Of a stretch of 64,000 nucleotides of DNA, positions 27,046-35,839 are shown piece after piece. Position numbers and translations under genes: made by a program. The stretch lies in IMG/VR virus record IMGVR_UViG_3300044655_002353, positions 1 to 64,000 of that record; one strand, given 5' to 3'. The notes beneath the pieces were generated by a model. That model made no database searches, was not told the DNA's origin, and worked only from the letters and a program-made list of their open reading frames with translations. Each line of letters starts with the position of its first letter. Within the stretch, counting starts at the first letter, position 1. The stretch is from a virus.

Positions 27046-27092
27046 AAGAATTCTCCTATTTCATATTTGAAATTGTAATTTGTTTGATATAT

Positions 27093-27100
27093 TATTTATG
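27093..27100 (-). promoter_or_regulatory. T4-type late promoter
   Basis: CATAAATA upstream of sheath gene. Confidence 0.55.
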
Positions 27101-27143
27101 ACTTATCCAACTTTTTTAGCAAAAAATATCTTTTTTATAAATC

Positions 27144-27200
27144 TGATAACCGGTAATCACTTTTAGCTATTTACATTTTTGCTAACTGTTATACAATAGA
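27144..27200 (+). promoter_or_regulatory. early promoter with upstream 16-bp box
   Basis: TGATAACCGGTAATCA, TTTACA, TACAAT. Confidence 0.65.
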
Positions 27201-27231
27201 ACCATATTCTAGAACAGGAGGACTTTATCAC

Positions 27232-27564
27232 ATGAACACTTCATCAGTCAACAAAGTTATTGCTTTAGCACTTACTTCTTCAATTGCTTTCACCGGATGT
27301 ATGTCTACTTCTGGAGGTTATGGAAGTAATGGCTATGGTCGAATGGAATATAGTAATGTTCAATACATTTATGGTTCTGATGAACCAGCTATGACATACG
27401 AAGAATTGTCAAAGTACAATGGCATTCGAGTTGGAGCTGATGGTTATGTAAAATCATTGGTTCAATTACCGCAAACTGCACGCGAAGACTTACCACATTT
27501 TACATATACTCCACCAGAGTATTTTAGAGATAACTATGAACGGGAACGTGGGTGGAAGAAGTGA
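27232..27564 (+). CDS. putative lipoprotein
   Basis: AGGAGG RBS; FTGC lipobox. Confidence 0.65.
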   Translation: MNTSSVNKVIALALTSSIAFTGCMSTSGGYGSNGYGRMEYSNVQYIYGSDEPAMTYEELSKYNGIRVGADGYVKSLVQLPQTAREDLPHFTYTPPEYFRDNYERERGWKK

Positions 27565-27603
27565 ATAAATAGTAGTATATTTTAACTACTACTATTTTTC
27601 GTT

Positions 27604-28446
27604 ATGAAATTGCAAGACCTATTGACTGAAGTACCAGCTGCTTCTAGTAAATCAGCTTTTCAACCAAATCTTAAACCTTGGATGTATCAAACTAAGGAAG
27701 AAATAGAAAAGTGGTTAAAGGATGCTAAAATTGAAGCTCAGATTTCTAAAGAACTTGAAGTTCATCCAACTCGTAAAGACCTTATATTAGGAAATTTATT
27801 TGGTAATGGACCAAAAGAATCTTTAGTTGAATATAATGGAAAGTGGTTACTTCCTGTTCAATTCAATACTGCTCCAGGAAAATTAGAAGTCAGTCATTTG
27901 GAACTCGGTTCAATGATTGGATTACCACATGTTGTATTAGGTCCTATGGTTCTATTGAATGTAGAAATTGAAGATTTTGAAGGATGTCCTAAACATATTT
28001 CAGGAACAGATTCTTCAGGGTTTTATGATATTCAAATCGACTCAAAGAAACCTATCAAGTCTTTTGTTGGATGTCCGCCAGTACAATCTATGGATGTTAG
28101 CGATATCATTGGATTAGATGGGCTTCCTAATACTTTGACATGGTTACGAATTGGAAAGTTTTCAGACATTACCGCAATTTTGAAAAAATGTCCAAATCTT
28201 AAAACCCTTGGCATAGGTAATATTGAAATTGGTAAAGACAATATCCAACCATTAAGTGTATTCAAATCGAAAAAGATTACTAGATTTAATATCTATCCGA
28301 TAGATTTATCTACAGAGATACCACCTGAATATAAACTAGCTAATACTATTATCAACAAACATTTGAAGTCAGAAGAAAGAAGTATGATTGCTTGTCAACG
28401 AGAATTGATTGAAAATGATTTAGATGAAAGCGGATGGGCTGAGTAG
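27604..28446 (+). CDS. CQRELIE-family paralog, solo copy
   Basis: MKLQDLLTE start; FEGCP repeats; IACQRELIENDLDE tail. Confidence 0.85.
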   Translation: MKLQDLLTEVPAASSKSAFQPNLKPWMYQTKEEIEKWLKDAKIEAQISKELEVHPTRKDLILGNLFGNGPKESLVEYNGKWLLPVQFNTAPGKLEVSHLELGSMIGLPHVVLGPMVLLNVEIEDFEGCPKHISGTDSSGFYDIQIDSKKPIKSFVGCPPVQSMDVSDIIGLDGLPNTLTWLRIGKFSDITAILKKCPNLKTLGIGNIEIGKDNIQPLSVFKSKKITRFNIYPIDLSTEIPPEYKLANTIINKHLKSEERSMIACQRELIENDLDESGWAE

Positions 28447-28452
28447 GTTATA

Positions 28453-29205
28453 CTATTCTTCATAATGAATGTTAAGAACAGGTCCATAGACTTCTTGGAA
28501 CGGTTGTAATTCGCCGTCAGCGTCAACTTCATCTAGTGCCATGCCATTCATATTCCCAATACGTATATTGATTTCACGAATAATTTCATCTCTAATATCC
28601 ATTGGCGCCGATAAGTAGATTTGAACTAAAAAGTTGAACGACCAAACTATAATTCTTTTTTCTGTTCCAATCGGATAATTCTCTTCATTATTGATACCTG
28701 TCAATTCAACGCTAGTAATCTTAGTCCAATCAAAAGGAGCATCGCTAGTTTGAAGTTGTAGAACTGGGTCAAATAGCATTAGAATTTGTTCAATCATCTG
28801 ATGCATTTGTTCAGTGTTACTAGCATAAACAGCAAGTTCCATATTTGCATTATACGGAATAGGCATGATACGTTTGTTCAAGCGTAAGTCATCAGGAAAT
28901 ACGCCACCAGTTGGAAGGTAAACTTTTCTATCAACTACGCCAACTCCTTTGCGACGTTCAGGAGATAAGTCCAATCCAGACAATGTCGCTGACATCATAG
29001 GAATACTGAAAGGTTTGTTTTGAGTATTACCTGACATAATTGCAGCTACAACTCTATCTCTACTTCCAACTACTATCGGAACGCGATATGTTGAAGGTTC
29101 GCCGGTCTCTCCAATGCCAGTGACAATAGTAAGTCCTGTAAAGATACCGCAAAATTGACGAATGTAGCTTCTTAGTTGTTTTGCATAAAAGTATTCTGTA
29201 ATCAT
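28453..29205 (-). CDS. tail terminator/sheath stabilizer (gp15-like)
   Basis: YFY..QLR.Y...F...F; P.PY....EL...QM.EQIL..F.P; position. Confidence 0.8.
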   Translation of the reverse strand: MITEYFYAKQLRSYIRQFCGIFTGLTIVTGIGETGEPSTYRVPIVVGSRDRVVAAIMSGNTQNKPFSIPMMSATLSGLDLSPERRKGVGVVDRKVYLPTGGVFPDDLRLNKRIMPIPYNANMELAVYASNTEQMHQMIEQILMLFDPVLQLQTSDAPFDWTKITSVELTGINNEENYPIGTEKRIIVWSFNFLVQIYLSAPMDIRDEIIREINIRIGNMNGMALDEVDADGELQPFQEVYGPVLNIHYEE

Positions 29206-30989
29206 TATATGTCAGTATCCTGTAAAGTTCTTCTTCCAAGGCTAATAAGAGCATTACGAACCGAGGGTTTATGACTTGAATATTCTCCTCGTCTATCAGT
29301 CTCAACATACAACCAACGATTTTTGATTGCGCTAAACTTATAGAGACGAGCAGGGATGTTTGTAGAACTTTCATAGTTGAGGCGATAGTATTCACCATCA
29401 GTTGCAACCGTGATGTCTGGAAGTTTGTAACCTTCACCATAAGGTTCTCCGTTTGGTGGAAGTCCGTTCTCAACATACATATTCGTTTGCTGAGGAGCTA
29501 TCTTATCTTTCCATGGTTCAGGGATACGAGTGTCTAAATCAGTAATGTCTTCACCAACTTCAGGAACTGCTGCTTGGGACTCGACTTTAGTCGTTTCGCT
29601 TGCACGTAATGAAGTCGTTTCAATTTGAGTGATAGACTCGAAGAAAGAACCATCGCTTACGCGTTGAACAGCTTCTTCTGGCATTGGAAGAATGTCTCGT
29701 ACTTCAATAGAAGGAATAAGCTGAATTGCTTGGAAGCGATAAAGCATTGGTTTCCATTGAGCAGAATAACCATCAGCACTCCATCCAGTGTCAGTGACTT
29801 CAAGATACTTTTTAACAGGCATCAAGTTATGGTCATATGCAAGTTCAGGTGTCACTTCAATGACATCGCCTGTTACAACGGGTCTTCCTAACAGTTGGAC
29901 CATACGAGCGAATGAACACGTAAAGACATATTGGTCAAGGATTGAAAAGCCAAACTTGCCAAGGTCGCCAATGCTATCAAACGGTTGGTATTGACATTTG
30001 AGTGTGATGGAGTTCTGTGCATAGTCTCTATCACGATTTTCAAGGAACAAAGTGTCTTGAATGTTGTTGATGTTTGTTGATTGATAGTCTATCAGTTCAA
30101 GCTTTATGACTTCCCAATAGTCAGTGATTCCTCCATTGAACATCAACGGAACTATTCGCCAAAAAGGTGAAGGCACACTAGGTCTTATTGCAATAGTTTC
30201 AACATTTGCACTATTTGGTAGATTGACAATGTCTACGCGAAGCCAATTGAGTTCAAGTTTTATCGTAAAGGTATCACCTACACTGAACGGAATGCTGCCT
30301 GGTTGAATGGTAAAGCGAACATCTTGATTAGCATAATGAACTCCAACAGTTGCATTAGGCTGAGGACCACGAATTGAGCTAAAGACTGAAAATGAAGTAG
30401 GCGTTAATGCAGTAACCAAGATGGTACATTCAGACGGATTGAAGCCAGGTTGGATATTGACCAAAAGTCCGTTGCCAGAACCAATGAATGTGTTAGACGC
30501 TTTTAGCTCGCCTGTCGCTCTATCAACACGGACTTGTAATGCTCGGTTTTGAGCAAGTGGTCCTTGTTGGATTTTAAGAGTTGTGATGTGATGCGAAAGC
30601 TTAGCAGGTGGAGCACTTGATGCTTGACCCGTAATCGCTGATTTGACTGTTCCAAAGTTGTAGCCAAGATACGCTGGAGTCGATACAACTAGTGACCCAA
30701 CTTGAGCAGAATGCCACGAAGTTGAGCTAATGTCAAATGCATTAGACGCATCAGACCCTGCCCCAGCACCACTTGAAAGTGGGTAACCCTGACCAGTTAG
30801 GTCTATCAATCGGCCTTGTTCGTGAACTCCAAGTAGCTTGAAAATGTTGATTGGGGCACCTGCTATCTCAAGGCTTTCGGCAATCAGGTTCTCAGTAAAC
30901 TTTTCATCAAGCTTAGTACAATCATTCTGCATCGTCCAATCGCCGAAGCAAAAGTCTGCAGGTGGAACATAAGGAGTAATTTCGGCCAT
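29205..30989 (-). CDS. neck/head-closure protein (gp14-like) with inserted domains
   Basis: IQD.LFLENRDRDY, L.KFG, LGRP..GDVIE; position beside gp15. Confidence 0.7.
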   Translation of the reverse strand: MAEITPYVPPADFCFGDWTMQNDCTKLDEKFTENLIAESLEIAGAPINIFKLLGVHEQGRLIDLTGQGYPLSSGAGAGSDASNAFDISSTSWHSAQVGSLVVSTPAYLGYNFGTVKSAITGQASSAPPAKLSHHITTLKIQQGPLAQNRALQVRVDRATGELKASNTFIGSGNGLLVNIQPGFNPSECTILVTALTPTSFSVFSSIRGPQPNATVGVHYANQDVRFTIQPGSIPFSVGDTFTIKLELNWLRVDIVNLPNSANVETIAIRPSVPSPFWRIVPLMFNGGITDYWEVIKLELIDYQSTNINNIQDTLFLENRDRDYAQNSITLKCQYQPFDSIGDLGKFGFSILDQYVFTCSFARMVQLLGRPVVTGDVIEVTPELAYDHNLMPVKKYLEVTDTGWSADGYSAQWKPMLYRFQAIQLIPSIEVRDILPMPEEAVQRVSDGSFFESITQIETTSLRASETTKVESQAAVPEVGEDITDLDTRIPEPWKDKIAPQQTNMYVENGLPPNGEPYGEGYKLPDITVATDGEYYRLNYESSTNIPARLYKFSAIKNRWLYVETDRRGEYSSHKPSVRNALISLGRRTLQDTDI

Positions 30990-31027
30990 GTTATGTGGTT
31001 ATTCTACAATGTTTTAGATGATAGAGC

Positions 31028-31051
31028 TATTTATCACAACTTCTATAAATA
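31028..31051. promoter_or_regulatory. divergent late promoters
   Basis: GATAAATA (-) at 31028-31035 and TATAAATA (+) at 31044-31051. Confidence 0.6.
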
Positions 31052-31228
31052 AAATAGCATCGACTCGATACACATTACGGATTTTAGTGTAAAATGGATA
31101 GAGTAGGTGTAATCAAACTGAGGAGACGAGAGCGCGAGTTTAAAGTGCTCACGGAAGTCAAACTTTCTCGTAAGGCAACAATGCTAAACGGACTTTACAA
31201 CATTGTTGCTTTACTACATCATCTACTA

Positions 31229-31256
31229 TTTACATCAGGCGAAAACTTGTTATAAT
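31229..31256 (+). promoter_or_regulatory. early promoter; further sigma70-like promoters near 31356 and 31434
   Basis: TTTACATC...TATAATAGACACATATTC. Confidence 0.7.
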
Positions 31257-31514
31257 AGACACATATTCTGTTGAAACATTTACAAAATTGCTTCAACGGA
31301 AATAATCAAGTTTTTTATTGTAAAACATTCTTACAAAGTTCCACAAAAATAAATGTTTACATCGACAAAAAACTAGATTATAATAAATCTAACAAATGTT
31401 GTAAAAACTGATTTTAAAGCGATTGAAAAAATTTATACAGTCTGCAAAAAATTAGTTTATAATATATCTACTAAATGTTTTTATAACCACATAAGTTCGA
31501 GGAGTAAAGATGAG

Positions 31515-31889
31515 ATGAGACGAGTGGTAAGAAATTCGTTGTTAGTAACTGCTGCTTTATCTGCATTAGTATTAACTACTGATGTAATGGCATCAAAGCA
31601 TGATAAAAATCGTCATGATAAAAATCATCATGATAACAATCGTCATGATGAACATAATGAACAAATTTTCAAACAACCATTTGCAGGTAATACTCAAATC
31701 CAAACAAACAATGGCAATAACAATGGTGGCAATTTGCAAACCGGTGGAAATGGTGGTGGTAATAACGGTGTAGGTAATGGAAATGGTGGCCCAATTGTTC
31801 CGTCAGTTCCGGTGCCAGGTGCAGTATGGTTATTTGGTTCTGCATTAGTTGGGTTTGTAACAATTTCAAGGAATCGCAAGTCTAAGTAA
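31515..31889 (+). CDS. VPLPA-CTERM/PEP-CTERM sorting-domain surface protein
   Basis: signal peptide; His/Asn and Gly/Asn repeats; VPVPGAVWLFGSALVGF..SRNRK. Confidence 0.85.
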   Translation: MRRVVRNSLLVTAALSALVLTTDVMASKHDKNRHDKNHHDNNRHDEHNEQIFKQPFAGNTQIQTNNGNNNGGNLQTGGNGGGNNGVGNGNGGPIVPSVPVPGAVWLFGSALVGFVTISRNRKSK

Positions 31890-32223
31890 GGGATTCAAAA
31901 GGAAATGTAGGAAAAATAGTCGCAATGATTATTTTAGTGAGGCATATTTTTGATATGCACGATATGGATACAGTTGGATATGTATGTGAATACCTATTCC
32001 CAACAATGCACGATGAGTTGAACTGAGGAGAAAATAGTTTCTATGCGATGAGAATACTAAACTATTTTAGTAATTCTGAGGAGAATAATATAACACTATT
32101 TATGTTGTCTTATCTCTTGAAATCGGTTGAGAAATGAAATCAAATTTCATGGATGTGGAGTAATTGAGAGAAGGATAATATGAATAGTTTTTCTACTTAA
32201 AATTATCAAAGGAAAACTTCAAT

Positions 32224-32883
32224 ATGAAAACTTCAATCAAAATGTTAACTGCTGTAATCGCTACTTTGGCTGCTGGCGCTGTGTTTGCAGAAGGTTATGG
32301 TCACTATGGTCACGGTGTGACTTCAACTGACACTTCTTCATTCTCAGGTGTTTCTGTTTCTTCCGGTAGTGAAATCGCTGTTGTAGGTAACGGTGCAGCT
32401 TATTCAAACCAAATCGTAGGTGCAGGCGCTCAAAACACTGCAACTGCAGTTGCTGAAGCTGGTCACGGTTCTGTTGGAACTTTGGCTGCTACTTCAGGTT
32501 CAACCGGTGTATTGGCTGCTAGCCAATCAGATGCAATTGGACATGCTTATGTAGATGCTGGAACTAGTGCTGTTGCTGTTCAAGGTGGTTCTGCTGAAGC
32601 TAATGCTGCTAATCGTTATCATCACCCTTCTTTGAGTGCTGAAAGCGAAGCTGCTGTAGGTTCTGTAAGCGGTGCTGGTACAAACGAAAATGGTTTTGGT
32701 ATAGCTGGTCAAGAAACCTCTGCTGGCAACATTGCTTGGGGTACTCGTGACGGACGTGGTGACACTGTAAGTACTTCTGCTGCTACTTTAGGTGGTACTT
32801 CTAACGAAGCGTTTAGCTTAGGTCAAGCTGGTTCATTAGGTTTCGCTGTAGAAGAAGGTGAAGTATTCTCAATCGTTCGTTAA
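32224..32883 (+). CDS. secreted Ala/Gly/Ser-rich protein
   Basis: signal peptide ending VFA; AAGGA RBS. Confidence 0.75.
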   Translation: MKTSIKMLTAVIATLAAGAVFAEGYGHYGHGVTSTDTSSFSGVSVSSGSEIAVVGNGAAYSNQIVGAGAQNTATAVAEAGHGSVGTLAATSGSTGVLAASQSDAIGHAYVDAGTSAVAVQGGSAEANAANRYHHPSLSAESEAAVGSVSGAGTNENGFGIAGQETSAGNIAWGTRDGRGDTVSTSAATLGGTSNEAFSLGQAGSLGFAVEEGEVFSIVR

Positions 32884-32995
32884 TACGAACTTTTGATTAT
32901 ACTAACTGCTTAGCGGTGTAAATTGAATAGTGGGTGAGTATGTTTTTTATACTCACCCACTGTTTATTCAAATAATCTTTTTTAAAGGAAATGAC

Positions 32996-33625
32996 ATGAA
33001 AAAAATAATCGCAATTATCGCTTTGTTGTGTATTTCTGCAACTAGCTTTGCGGATGTGAACTCAGGTTCTGAAGCAAGATCGAATCAAACTCAAAGTGCC
33101 GGTGTTGCAGTTGGTGGTGAAGGTCGTGGTGCAGGTTTAGGTAATGATAACAGCGTAAACAATGTTGCTGCTTCTGATATGTCAAAAGCTGTTGGCTTTG
33201 CTGCTGCTCCTGCTTTGACAACTACTTTGACTGAAACCTGTATGGGTTCAACTTCAGTTGGTGGTGGTTTTTCTGGTGGTTCTTTCAGCTTTGGTACAAC
33301 CTGGAGAGATTCAGCTTGCGTACGTCGTTTAGATGCTCGTGAGATTAAAACTTTCGGCGATGTTCAAGCTGCTAAAGAAATTATGTGTGACAGCGATTTA
33401 GTTCGTGAAGCATTTAAACGTGTTGGCCGTCCTTGTGCTGAAGACGGTGGTATCTATACTGTAGCGGCTCCTGCTCCTGCTCCAGCACCTGTTGCTGAAG
33501 TTGTAAAAGAAGTGCCTGCTCCTGCTACTGATGCAGTTGTTCGTGATGACCAAGATGAAGTTGCAAAACGTACTCAAGAAATCTTGAATCAACTTGAACA
33601 AGCTCAAGCTTCACGCACTTACTAA
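32996..33625 (+). CDS. secreted protein with 4 mature-region Cys
   Basis: signal ending SFA; TCMGSTS.G...FG.T..D..C.R motif. Confidence 0.75.
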   Translation: MKKIIAIIALLCISATSFADVNSGSEARSNQTQSAGVAVGGEGRGAGLGNDNSVNNVAASDMSKAVGFAAAPALTTTLTETCMGSTSVGGGFSGGSFSFGTTWRDSACVRRLDAREIKTFGDVQAAKEIMCDSDLVREAFKRVGRPCAEDGGIYTVAAPAPAPAPVAEVVKEVPAPATDAVVRDDQDEVAKRTQEILNQLEQAQASRTY

Positions 33626-33667
33626 GAATAAGACTTACCGGTAAGTTTTAAATCTTAGACACAATAC

Positions 33668-33710
33668 AAACTGCTGGTGTTGGATTTCGGTCTGATAACC
33701 GGCAGTTTTT
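33668..33710 (+). terminator. possible terminator
   Basis: AAACTGCTGG/CCGGCAGTTT stem plus T tract. Confidence 0.5.
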
Positions 33711-33729
33711 GTTTATACCTACAGAGGTT

Positions 33730-34314
33730 ATGAATCAAATGTTTAAACATTCATCGTTGTTGTTAGTAATAGGTATTAGCATATTCTTAAGTACAGGTTG
33801 TATGACTATACAAGAATACGATGCTGAAAAATTAGAATATGATCAAATCAATAAAGTCAAAAACGCTCAGAAGAAAAAAGAAGACCCGTTTGTATCTGAA
33901 AAAACTGCAGACTATGTAAAGGTAAAAGAAGAAGATGATGTAGTTATTGAAGCTGTTCGTTCAGCACCAATTGAACATCGTGGTGTTAAACTCGATGTAT
34001 GGGTTATCAATGGAAATAATAAATCTTCTACTCCAAAATGTGTTACTATAGATTGGAGATTACAAGATTTTACATTTGAAACTTCTCTTCCATATGAGTT
34101 CTTAATTGACAAAAATGCATTTATCAAAATCGGTAAAATGACTCAAACTATTTGGGCTTTTGACGATGTTGCAATTGCAATACCCCCATCGGGTTATATC
34201 AATGAAATGAGAGTTCGTGATGCAGATTATGAAAAAACTACTAATCGTTTAACCTGTGATACTCTTGAAGAAGATATCCAAACTCCAGAAGAAAAAGATA
34301 CATTAGAACTATGA
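33730..34314 (+). CDS. putative lipoprotein
   Basis: STGC lipobox-like. Confidence 0.65.
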   Translation: MNQMFKHSSLLLVIGISIFLSTGCMTIQEYDAEKLEYDQINKVKNAQKKKEDPFVSEKTADYVKVKEEDDVVIEAVRSAPIEHRGVKLDVWVINGNNKSSTPKCVTIDWRLQDFTFETSLPYEFLIDKNAFIKIGKMTQTIWAFDDVAIAIPPSGYINEMRVRDADYEKTTNRLTCDTLEEDIQTPEEKDTLEL

Positions 34315-34805
34315 AATCAGTATTTGCCTTTTTGATAACGATTAGCTTTTCGCAGTTAGTAACAGCCTCTACTGACAAAGATCCTGTTATTATCGCGGAT
34401 AAAAAACAAGCAACGATATCAGTATTTTATCCTGAAACTGGTCAAAAAATTACTCAACCAGCTTTATTTGGTAAAGTGAAATCTGATAAGCTAGATATGA
34501 ATGTATATGATTATCCGTCTAAAACGAACTATGTCACTCCATCAGGTTCGTTCAAAACATCTAAAACTTTTTCATGGCGATTAGGTGAAGATATGCTAGT
34601 TTTTATCAAAGGTCAGAATGCAGTTGCAGCTATTCATCCACTTTGGAAGGGGAATCCTGACCAAAAAAGAATTGAAAGATTGAAAAGTCCGCAAATAGAT
34701 GATAACCGTATTACCGGTGGATGTATCAATGTTGATTCTGATTTCTTCTATCAAAAATTGAATACTTTGCCTGAAGGAACACTGCTAATCGTATTACCTG
34801 AATAA
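34311..34805 (+). CDS. L,D-transpeptidase (YkuD-like)
   Basis: signal peptide; TPSG.F; AIH...RITGGCINV catalytic His/Cys. Confidence 0.8.
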   Translation: MKSVFAFLITISFSQLVTASTDKDPVIIADKKQATISVFYPETGQKITQPALFGKVKSDKLDMNVYDYPSKTNYVTPSGSFKTSKTFSWRLGEDMLVFIKGQNAVAAIHPLWKGNPDQKRIERLKSPQIDDNRITGGCINVDSDFFYQKLNTLPEGTLLIVLPE

Positions 34806-34842
34806 ACTTATAACCACATTTCTCACAAAGGAGAACTTAATT

Positions 34843-35139
34843 ATGAAATACTTACTAACCCTTTTACTTATCAGTGCTAACGTTTGTTTTGCACAACCTG
34901 TAGTTGTTACCCCTAAAACGGCTGCAGCCGCAACTGTAGTAAATGAATCAACCATGACAAACAATCCTGACCGTCGTCGTGTTGCCGGAAGTGCTATGAT
35001 TCTAAAAACTGATGGTGTTATCGACGATGCAACTATTCCAAAAATTGAAACACCTGAATCTGATGTACCGTCTAATGTTATCAATCCTCCATTACCTGAA
35101 TTAGAATTCCCAAAATTAGAGCTTTCAATTATCGACTAA
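34843..35139 (+). CDS. secreted hypothetical protein
   Basis: AAGGAG RBS; signal peptide. Confidence 0.6.
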   Translation: MKYLLTLLLISANVCFAQPVVVTPKTAAAATVVNESTMTNNPDRRRVAGSAMILKTDGVIDDATIPKIETPESDVPSNVINPPLPELEFPKLELSIID

Positions 35140-35140
35140 A

Positions 35141-35839
35141 ATGAGTTCGTTATCGATGGATAAGTTTAGAGAATTGTTTTTAGGTCAATTTGAGCCTGAC
35201 TATTCTCAATCATACTTTGGAGACAGTGAACCGAATGTCAGTAAGATGACATTTTCCTCAGGGATGAGGATTTCTGTCAAAACAATGTATGATAATTATG
35301 TGGGTACCGCTTTTAATAATTGGCAATATAATGTTCCATCAAGAGTTCAACAAAAACAACTTATAACATTTGAAAAAGTTCGTGGTAATATTGATTCCTG
35401 TATTCCAGATAGTCAGAAGAACGAGTTTTATCGATTACTTTCTTCCGTGGATGGCGATGTGATTGTTGAAGGAAATCTAACTTCTTTTGAAGGCATTCCA
35501 AAGAAAATCAATGGAAGATTAGATTTATCAAGATGTCAATCATTACATTCTTTATCTGGCATTGATAAGTACTTTGGTAAAGATGGCTTTATTGCTGAAC
35601 GATTACCTTTACCAAGTACTCTTGGATATGCAATTCTTGGAGTACTAAAAATACCAAAACTAATAGGAATTAGTTTCAATGATGAATTTGGTGTATCTGA
35701 AGTTGGCACTCCTAATGAACGAGTAAATGCTTTACGAACTCTGTCAGATATTGTCAATAGTCATATGAAATCAAAAGATGTAATTACGTGTCAACGTGAA
35801 CTTATTGAAAACGATTTTGACGAGTATGCTACTTTTTAG
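35141..35839 (+). CDS. CQRELIE-family paralog, solo copy
   Basis: LTSFEGIP repeats; ILGVLKIPKL; ITCQRELIENDFDEYATF. Confidence 0.85.
   Translation: MSSLSMDKFRELFLGQFEPDYSQSYFGDSEPNVSKMTFSSGMRISVKTMYDNYVGTAFNNWQYNVPSRVQQKQLITFEKVRGNIDSCIPDSQKNEFYRLLSSVDGDVIVEGNLTSFEGIPKKINGRLDLSRCQSLHSLSGIDKYFGKDGFIAERLPLPSTLGYAILGVLKIPKLIGISFNDEFGVSEVGTPNERVNALRTLSDIVNSHMKSKDVITCQRELIENDFDEYATF

Noticed and set aside
31118-32125. Hammerhead ribozymes at CTGAGGA motifs
   Set aside because: CUGANGA is present but the GAAA is missing or misplaced after stem II, and stems I and III were not found
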